A stretch of DNA of 63,987 nt, filler included, from Stramenopiles sp. TOSAG23-2 (taxonomy: Eukaryota), in assembly GCA_900128395.1 (NCBI GenBank). It is 4 parts of 4 records of this genome, joined end to end, with 100 filler letters (N's around TTAATTAATTAA, not from the genome) between each part and the next. Parts side by side here need not be neighbours in the genome. Positions count along the whole stretch, not along the records: positions 50,147 to 63,987 come from LT649782.1; 3 more parts are not named here. One strand, written 5' to 3'. The stretch's first letter is position 1. Every line of letters begins with the position of its first letter. Of the stretch, positions 56,475-63,987 are shown piece after piece. Under the pieces are notes generated by a model. That model was given only the letters and a program-made list of their open reading frames with translations, was not told the DNA's origin and ran no database searches. A program made the translations under genes and the position numbers.

Positions 56475-59400
56475 ATGGGAGATACATACAATGGAAATGG
56501 TATGAATGGAGGTTCGCCATGGCCATCAAAAAATAATGATAGTGTTGTAGTAGATGATTTAAACGATTCGTGGGCAGACAACGTAGATTTTTCTAACGCT
56601 AATGGTGAAAATGGTCATAACTATATTGGCACACCAAAAATAAATTTAAGTAATAGTTTTACAAAGGCACAACAAAATGGCAATAGTGGCGAAGGTGGAA
56701 ATGCTAGCAGCAGTACAAGACGATATCATGAAAATGGAAATGGATCCTCCAGAACAATATTTGACGTCGATGGCGGGGGAAAATTAGGTGGAAAAGAAGA
56801 CGGGGACGATGGCATCGATCCAAGTATGATCAAAGAGGAAGTATACGGTGTTTTGGAAGCAATAGACTACCATAAAGGGGTACTGTGGGGGGATAATGGG
56901 CAAAAAGTCATTAATGCAGCAGCTAAAGCACGGGAGGATGAACGGTTACGGTTACAAAAGAAAGGGAAAAAAAGAGATTCGAATCCTATTACAGATGATT
57001 TACGTTTGATATTAGTAGCGGCGAAGAAGCGAGGGGTAAGCTTGAAGAAATGGTTTGGCCATTTTGATAAAAGACGTATAGGACGTATATCAAGCGATGA
57101 TTTGCAAAAGGCCTTATCGGGTTTAGGCTTGGGTCTTTCTGTCGGTACAGCATCCAATGTACAAGGTGGCGTAGATTATGGCTCCAGTACAGAACCAGGA
57201 AAAGATGTCCCGGAAGATGTCGTCGAAAGGGTGGTGAATCCTATAGCAATGTCTAAATTAGTTGCACGATTAAATGATGGGAAAGGAAGTGGAATGGAAG
57301 GAAGTACTGTTCCATATGCAGTACTTGTTTCCTGTGGAAATGGGGAAGTGCAATCAAATCGTTTTGATCGTTTAGTACAATCTGGAAAATCTTTACCAGC
57401 TACAAATAAAAAGCGCAATAAGAAACTACGGCCGGTAACACCAACGCAAGCACAGGCTCAAGCAAAAGCACGTGTTCGGGCTAGAATACGCACGGACGCG
57501 CAAAAAGTAAAAAAGAAAGGCAGTAAAAAGAGCAGTAAAAAAACATCTGCGCCACCCCGAGCTCCACATACAAAAGTAACATTGCCAGCTAGAACTAAAC
57601 GAGGTAAAAGCAATGTAACTGATACAGGAGCAATATTAGTTCCAGGGGAAACTGGCTTAAATGTCCAAGTAGCGATACAAACCATGCAACGCATTACAAG
57701 TAAAGCGATTGCCAAACGAGAAGCTAAGGAAAGGTCTCGTTTGTTGAAATTATTGGATGATGAAACTACGTTTGAGGATCGATTAGTAAAATTGATACAA
57801 GCACCTGGTCCATTTCAAGCTATATTGAAGTTAGTGGAACATAAGCAAAAAGCGGGTAGAACGATTAAACGTAAATACGTAACTATTGCATCGTTTGAAA
57901 GTATTGTAAGGAAACTTTTTCATTTGCGAATAAGTGAGGAAGATTGTTTGTTAATTTTACGACGTGCATCAGCTGTAACGTTAGATGCTATGAGTAATAG
58001 CACGAATGGTGGTGGGGAAGAATTTGTTAAAATTATGTCACCCCGAGAGAAACATTTAGTGGAGGAACATGGACCTGAAATTGCTTTGTCAACTATGCGT
58101 ATGCTCAAATACTTACGACGTTTACGTTGTCGTAAACGAATGGATTATGCTAATTGGTTTGATAAGAAACAGATCAAAGTAGAACGGTCGGAACAGGCAA
58201 ATAAAGAGTTGCTGTTAAATGGTGCAAATGGTGATATTGGCGGATTGAGACGCATCTTATCAGCTGCAAATGGCTTGGAACAAGATTCGTTGCTCATTTT
58301 AGATAGTTTTGGTATTAAAAAATCTGCTCCTAAGGTCAAAGGATATATTGTTAGAGATGCAATGTCAAAAGCTGATTTAATTGTTGCAATGAGCTCTGTC
58401 CAAAAGCAATTGCTCTTGGAAGGGACAGTGAAAGAAGAAGCAGCGATCATGGCAGATGAATGGATACAAACAAATGATGGGCGTACAAAAGTATTGTCCA
58501 CGGCACGTGAGGATGCTGGCATTGGACCACGATTCAGTGCACCGGTAACACCACCATCAAAACGAAGTAAGAGTAAAACAATACAAGAAGAACTGTACCC
58601 AGATCCACCTAGCGAAGTAATCAAATCCGCAACGGAGAAGTTAAAAGCAGGAAAAGTAGAAGAATTGCTTCAAGACGAGAATTTCCATTTAACAATATAT
58701 AGAATGTTATTTGGTGAATATACACGGAATATGGTGAAAGGTGGTGCTACGTATAGCAATTTTGAAGATTTTCAAAACTCTCGTAGTGCACGTCATAAAG
58801 TTTTAAAAAGTGAACTAAATAATTGGCAAAGAAAGAAAGCAAAAGTTGGAATGAAAAAGAAATCAGCAGATACTCAATTTGCTGATGTAAATGAAGCTAT
58901 TGCGTTTGTACAAGATCTAGTATTAAATTCATCTAGGGAGTTTTCCAATATGACGTTAAAATACAATCAATTAAAGGAATTAGGTTTGAATAGGAATAAT
59001 AGTAATAATAATAAAAATAAGAATAGAAATTCGTTGCATAGTTCATTAGAGCAAGCGAAAGATATTTATGGCTTAGCATCGACAACAAAGGATACATTAT
59101 CAAAAGTTGGAACTGTTAGTAAAAAAGAATTTTTAGATGTAATGAACCCTGTCTTCTTTTCGTTACAAGCAGATCCTAAAACTGCATTAGTCGCTGGCGT
59201 TGTTTTAGAAGGTGTTGAGGAAACGGTCACTAAATCATATAAAGCATTAATATCGACAGAAAGTGGCGCAGTCAAATTGAAAGAGATTGGGGAGAAAACT
59301 ATGAAACGAATGCAAGATAAATTTGTTAAGGAAAATAGTTGGGTACAAGATTATCTTAAATTATTTGCTCCTGGTACAAGTGACGAAGATAAAGCGATAA

Positions 59401-59720
59401 ACACAGCATTGATTAATTTAAATAAAAAAGAAGCAGAGGCAGAAGAGAAATTTAATGAATGGTTAAAAAAGAAGAAAGAGGCACAATCTGCACTTGCAAA
59501 ACGTGAAAAAAAATTACAAAAAAAGAAAGCAAAAAAGAAACAACAAACGTTAAAAGCGCGTACAAATAAAATTAAAGAATTCAACAAAAGAATTAAAACT
59601 AGAAAGAAGAAAATGTCAAAATCAAAAGCAAAGCCATTATCAGAAAGACCAACTTGGTCAAAAGCATGGAAAGGTACGAAAGAGGAAGAGGAAAATGGAG
59701 AGATGGAAGAAGATATTTGA
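56475..59720 (+). CDS. Hypothetical basic protein with one degenerate EF-hand and a C-terminal coiled coil
   Basis: 1081-aa ORF; FGHFDKRRIGRISSDDLQKAL. Confidence 0.8.
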   Translation: MGDTYNGNGMNGGSPWPSKNNDSVVVDDLNDSWADNVDFSNANGENGHNYIGTPKINLSNSFTKAQQNGNSGEGGNASSSTRRYHENGNGSSRTIFDVDGGGKLGGKEDGDDGIDPSMIKEEVYGVLEAIDYHKGVLWGDNGQKVINAAAKAREDERLRLQKKGKKRDSNPITDDLRLILVAAKKRGVSLKKWFGHFDKRRIGRISSDDLQKALSGLGLGLSVGTASNVQGGVDYGSSTEPGKDVPEDVVERVVNPIAMSKLVARLNDGKGSGMEGSTVPYAVLVSCGNGEVQSNRFDRLVQSGKSLPATNKKRNKKLRPVTPTQAQAQAKARVRARIRTDAQKVKKKGSKKSSKKTSAPPRAPHTKVTLPARTKRGKSNVTDTGAILVPGETGLNVQVAIQTMQRITSKAIAKREAKERSRLLKLLDDETTFEDRLVKLIQAPGPFQAILKLVEHKQKAGRTIKRKYVTIASFESIVRKLFHLRISEEDCLLILRRASAVTLDAMSNSTNGGGEEFVKIMSPREKHLVEEHGPEIALSTMRMLKYLRRLRCRKRMDYANWFDKKQIKVERSEQANKELLLNGANGDIGGLRRILSAANGLEQDSLLILDSFGIKKSAPKVKGYIVRDAMSKADLIVAMSSVQKQLLLEGTVKEEAAIMADEWIQTNDGRTKVLSTAREDAGIGPRFSAPVTPPSKRSKSKTIQEELYPDPPSEVIKSATEKLKAGKVEELLQDENFHLTIYRMLFGEYTRNMVKGGATYSNFEDFQNSRSARHKVLKSELNNWQRKKAKVGMKKKSADTQFADVNEAIAFVQDLVLNSSREFSNMTLKYNQLKELGLNRNNSNNNKNKNRNSLHSSLEQAKDIYGLASTTKDTLSKVGTVSKKEFLDVMNPVFFSLQADPKTALVAGVVLEGVEETVTKSYKALISTESGAVKLKEIGEKTMKRMQDKFVKENSWVQDYLKLFAPGTSDEDKAINTALINLNKKEAEAEEKFNEWLKKKKEAQSALAKREKKLQKKKAKKKQQTLKARTNKIKEFNKRIKTRKKKMSKSKAKPLSERPTWSKAWKGTKEEEENGEMEEDI

Positions 59721-60026
59721 TGTGGGAGAGAATACAAAAAGTTCGTTAAGAGCAGTACGCGCCAATATAAATTACTCGTGTATATAAAAATAAAAGAATA
59801 CAAGAATACGAGTATATTTTGTTTTTATATATATATAATAAAAAAATTTTTTATACGGCCTTTTCACTACGTATATATGTTGTTTTTCTAGAAACAATAA
59901 ATTACGAACTTCGTACGAAAAACAGACATTCGAAATTTCTAATACACCTTTACCTTGAATGATTAAAAAAAAACCATTTTATATATAATATTGTTATTGA
60001 AATAATAATACACGCACATATACATA

Positions 60027-60248
60027 TTAGTGTCCACCACCACCAACATTATCACCTCTTTCATTCTTTTCCAATAAAATTCTGTTCATTCGTGTATATG
60101 CCTTTTTATGATGTAAGCATTCTGAATAATCTTCTCTTAATGTATAACATTCTTTTGGACTATCAGCATTAGCCATACAGTTAACAAAATCTTGCCAAAA
60201 TGGATAACACCTACCAGTACGACCTCTTGCACCAAAACCAGAGGACAT
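60027..60248 (-). CDS. NDUFS5: Complex I 15-kDa subunit (twin CX9C)
   Basis: MSSGFG...[11 protein letters not shown]...C...[12 protein letters not shown]. Confidence 0.93.
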   Translation of the reverse strand: MSSGFGARGRTGRCYPFWQDFVNCMANADSPKECYTLREDYSECLHHKKAYTRMNRILLEKNERGDNVGGGGH

Positions 60249-60645
60249 ATTATTCTTATTCTTCTTATTATTATTTATTGTAAAAATAAAATATATATAT
60301 GTATATATTACTACTACTACAACTATTACACTATTTCTGTTTGTTGTATATATCTATATAATTGTTCTATTCTGTCTTTTACAATTTTATCTCTGTATAT
60401 ATACTGGTATATACATATATTTAAATCACTTATTTATTATTAGGAGGTGTGATGATTTATTCATTTTGTTGTTGTTGTTGTTGTTTGTTGGCCAGGTTTA
60501 GGTTTTGGGCACCTTGTCTCTGTGCTATTACCTCGTAAGAGATTTATCATATATACCTTAAATATAGAAGCATTGAATACCCTAATTATAACTATCATCT
60601 TTGACATGTGGCGGCTCCGTGCTATTACTTATTATTATAGAGATG

Positions 60646-60709
60646 TAGTCTGCGTCGTCAGACTTTCGAAAGTTCTAGAGATGTCGAAAGAGTCTGACGA
60701 CGCAGACTA
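60646..60709. repeat. 64-nt inverted repeat (19-bp perfect arms) bounded by TA
   Basis: TAGTCTGCGTCGTCAGACT...AGTCTGACGACGCAGACTA. Confidence 0.92.
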
Positions 60710-61140
60710 GAGAGGGTCTCATATATACCTTAAATAAGTAGAAGCATTGAATACCCTAATTCTAACTATATTAGTGTTATGTCCATGAGAGAGACAATTT
60801 GGGGTTTTAACAGAAATTCCCACAAGAGTCGTTGTAAATTTAAATAAGCTCTAATATGGAAATAGCATTACAATCGATCGTTTTATTGATCATCTTTCAC
60901 GTCTTTTTAATAAAACTAATTACAATAGTACAGGTATATATATACATATAAAGAAATATTTGAACACGAGAGAGAGATGAACACTATTACGATATAATAT
61001 ATAATTAGTGAAAGAGACGAAAAGAGAATTGTATTGAATCATATAAATACAAACGCAACCAGTAGAAATATACATACATACATATATTTTATTGTTAGTA
61101 TATTTTTTTTTAATATATATATATATAAAATAAAATAATA

Positions 61141-61863
61141 ATGATCCCACCAAACCCTTCGTTAGTTAAATATGAAAATCCAGTATTAGTTAGTGCAAGA
61201 CCAAATAAAGGTAAAGCAGCCAAACAAAAAGGTAAATTACCACCAGTTGATTCCAAACAAGCACCAACACAAACTGAAGATATATTAAATTCCATCCTTC
61301 CACCACGTGAATGGACAGAAGATGGGCAATTGTGGGTACAATATGTATCCAGTACACCAGCAACACGTTTGGACGTTATTAATTTACAAGAAGCTTTGGA
61401 CCAACGTTTGCAACAACGTCAAGCACGTGAAACTGGTATATGCCCAATTCGTGAAGAATTATATGCACAAACATTTGATGAATTAATCCGTCAAGTTACA
61501 ATTAATTGCGCTGAACGTGGTTTATTGTTATTGCGTGTCCGCGATGAAATTCGTATGACGATTGCTGCATATCAAACATTATATGAAAGTAGTATAGCAT
61601 TTGGTATGAGAAAAGCATTAATGGCAGAACAACGTAAAGCAGAGTTGGAAACTGAAATTAAAAATTTGGAAACAGAAACAAAAGATTTGGAACGTCAAGT
61701 TCAAGAATTGCGTAAAAAATGCGATGCGATCGAGAAACGTGAAGCTGATCGACGTGCATCCGATGAAGCGAAACACAAAGAAGAAGTAGAATTTCTTAAA
61801 GCAACAAATGAAAAATTAAAAAGTAGTCTTGAACAATTATTATCAACACCAAAAGGTAAATAA
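61141..61863 (+). CDS. DNALI1: Axonemal inner-arm dynein light intermediate chain p28
   Basis: EDILNSILPPREW...VSSTPATRLDV...RQARETGICPIREELY...ERGLLLLRVRDE...AYQTLYESSIAFGMRKAL. Confidence 0.97.
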   Translation: MIPPNPSLVKYENPVLVSARPNKGKAAKQKGKLPPVDSKQAPTQTEDILNSILPPREWTEDGQLWVQYVSSTPATRLDVINLQEALDQRLQQRQARETGICPIREELYAQTFDELIRQVTINCAERGLLLLRVRDEIRMTIAAYQTLYESSIAFGMRKALMAEQRKAELETEIKNLETETKDLERQVQELRKKCDAIEKREADRRASDEAKHKEEVEFLKATNEKLKSSLEQLLSTPKGK

Positions 61864-62570
61864 ATTATGTATATATCATATCATACGAGACGATATTGTT
61901 ATCATATTTTGTACATATTTATTTATGTATACATGATTGATAAGAAGTTGTTTTATATAATATATATATAAAATACCAAAGATGATATAATTGTTAAAAA
62001 GGCGATGGTTAATAACGTGTGTGTATCAAATTAATATGTTGTGTGTATGATTATAATTTGATTATTGTAAAATGTAGGAATGAATGTGTGAATGATATAT
62101 GCATATAATGCATATTAGATTAAAAATCATTTTACTACAAAAGTGTTGCGATTAGACATCACACTATTATACACACCACTGTCATGTACGTAATATTTTG
62201 ATATGTAATAATTTTCGTCGTAAAAAAAATTTTAAAAAGCTGGTGTTAAATATATATTATATAATATATGTATAATTGTAAAAATAAAACAAAGTACACA
62301 TGTTTTTTTTAAATTTATTACAATGTGGTTAAACACAACACACACACTAAAACACTAAAAACACAAAAAGACTCCCTAAGAATATTAATCTCTCTTTTGA
62401 AACAGAGGGAACACCTTTTTTTTTTTTTACACAACTTTTACATATTCATTTTATATTTTATAAAAACATCTTTTTCTAATGATATATAATTATGATAATA
62501 CCATGATACTTTATTTATTTTAATTTTATGCGAAAGACAAAGGTAGTTGGACAATGGACAAAATCGTTTA

Positions 62571-62792
62571 TTAATTTACAGGACGAACCGCATACTCTAA
62601 ATAACCTAATCGTTTATCTAAATATTCAATACGTTGATCTAAATTCGATAAACGTGTACTAACATCTCTATCAAATTGATTTAAAAAATCAATAGTTTTA
62701 AAAATTTGTGCTTGTATAGTTTGGTTAAATTCACTATCTACCCATTGTTGTTGTATTGCTTCCCCAGTTTCCCTGGTTATTGAAGATGACAT
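62571..62792 (-). CDS. BRK1: BRICK1/HSPC300, SCAR/WAVE complex subunit
   Basis: 73 aa: IQQQW...EF...I....DFLNQFD....RLS.L...I..L...L.YLE. Confidence 0.85.
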   Translation of the reverse strand: MSSSITRETGEAIQQQWVDSEFNQTIQAQIFKTIDFLNQFDRDVSTRLSNLDQRIEYLDKRLGYLEYAVRPVN

Positions 62793-63446
62793 CGTCGTAA
62801 TAAAACTATTAACACATTATATTCTATCATATCCATTCTATCTTTTGGTATAGCAGATCTATCTATCATAATATTGATGTTCTATGTTTTTGATGAACAT
62901 TAAAAAAAAAATAAAATACAAGTAATAATGGATGTTTATCCCCTTTTATACATGATGTTGCCCCTATCAAATTACAATGTTCTTGACAACACCACAGCAC
63001 CACAGCACCAGCACCAGCACCACAGCACCTGTGCTAACCAGCTAGACGACATAGGAAATATCAAAAAAACATTCTCAAAAACATTTCACATGTATTTATA
63101 CTTAAAAGCGAGATTAGAATATGCCAGGAATACCAATATGTTTCGTAAAAATCATTCTTCATCATCATTCTAATTCATCATCATTCCAGCATTGCAGTGC
63201 CATTAGACCTCCTAAATTCAATTATTATTATTGGATGAATGAAGAAATCTATAAATTCATGTGCTCATGTAAAAGATAATATAATAAAAGATACATAGCA
63301 CCACATACATAGTTATAATATCTAGAAACAGAAAGATACTGTAAAGCGGAAGAGATACACAAACACCGAAGAAAAACGAATAGATAAGAGAAAAGAGATA
63401 GTCATATATATCGATATATATATATATTAATATCAGTATAAATACT

Positions 63447-63987
63447 ATGGCATCGTTAGTTACTGATGATAATCAAACAACAACAACAACGACGACGACG
63501 ACGACGACAAGAAGAAGAACAACAACAACCGAAGCATCTGAAGGAACACATTTTGAAGATTTACCTGGTATATTACAAATATGTATTGGTACTGCTACAA
63601 AACCAGGTCTCATAGCATATTTTGATGATGATATACTTGCAATGATAAATATGTTTGCGAAAACATGTAAAAAATTTCTTGAATATGATCCCTTGCGTTG
63701 TTATTATTTTAGAGTTGTATTAACAAAAAAATATGGAGTCAATTTTGATGGCAGTAGCGTACATTTGCCTGGTAAGAACATCCATGATGAGGATTTACAA
63801 AATATAAGTGAAGCATTGAAAGCAAACAATACATTAACAGACTTGTACCTAGATAGTAATAATATTACTGATGTACAAAGTATTGGTGAATTGTTAAAAG
63901 CAAATAATACATTAACGGAATTGTGGCTACGTAATAATAATATTACTGATGTACAAAGTATTGGTGAAGCATTAAAAACAAACAACG
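63447..63987 (+). CDS. RI-type (NLRC3-like) LRR protein with an F-box-like N-terminal segment; runs off the window
   Basis: ATG 63447: MASLVTDD...FEDLPGILQICI..., then 26-aa repeats IGEALKxNNTLTxLxLxxNNITDVQS. Missed by the ORF track because it has no stop. Confidence 0.85.
   Translation, partial: MASLVTDDNQTTTTTTTTTTTRRRTTTTEASEGTHFEDLPGILQICIGTATKPGLIAYFDDDILAMINMFAKTCKKFLEYDPLRCYYFRVVLTKKYGVNFDGSSVHLPGKNIHDEDLQNISEALKANNTLTDLYLDSNNITDVQSIGELLKANNTLTELWLRNNNITDVQSIGEALKTNN

Noticed and set aside
60660-60705. Hammerhead ribozyme (CTGACGA and CGAAA present)
   Set aside because: Order and spacing do not allow stems I-III; the words are parts of a simple inverted repeat.
199-63985. Numerous short antisense or overlapping ORFs and poly-Asn tracts
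   Set aside because: These are shadows of real genes or AT microsatellites; AAT-encoded poly-Asn is a general compositional trait.

Overview
AT-rich, gene-dense, intron-poor nuclear DNA of a flagellated eukaryotic microbe. It encodes axonemal p28, BRICK1 and poly-Asn-rich proteins; a stramenopile is inferred, not proven. The window is four contigs joined by artificial 100-nt N/TTAATTAATTAA linkers, so adjacency across the gaps is not biological. About 25 genes are visible, including CCZ1, an LRR-IQ-WW protein, an MFS transporter, a full-size ABCD, a BCS1-like ATPase, MABP-DENN, CENP-V/GFA, the 3' end of PGK, COQ9, SLC25A38, UBC4/5, a SAM-domain receptor, LCAD, GT31, NDUFS5, DNALI1, BRK1 and an RI-type LRR gene. 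The best unexplained signals are: (1) a ~150-190 nt dispersed element in convergent intergenic regions of three different contigs, with a covarying hairpin and a CTAA|T end (Helitron-like or a structured RNA); (2) tandem 55-nt repeats plus a cryptic acceptor in the MFS intron; (3) a foldable GC-richer segment at 45484-45680; (4) a 64-nt TA-flanked hairpin; (5) an in-frame TAA just before the Walker A of a BCS1-like gene with a triplicated N-domain. Six 89-139 nt tandem duplications within 4.6 kb look like assembly artefacts.
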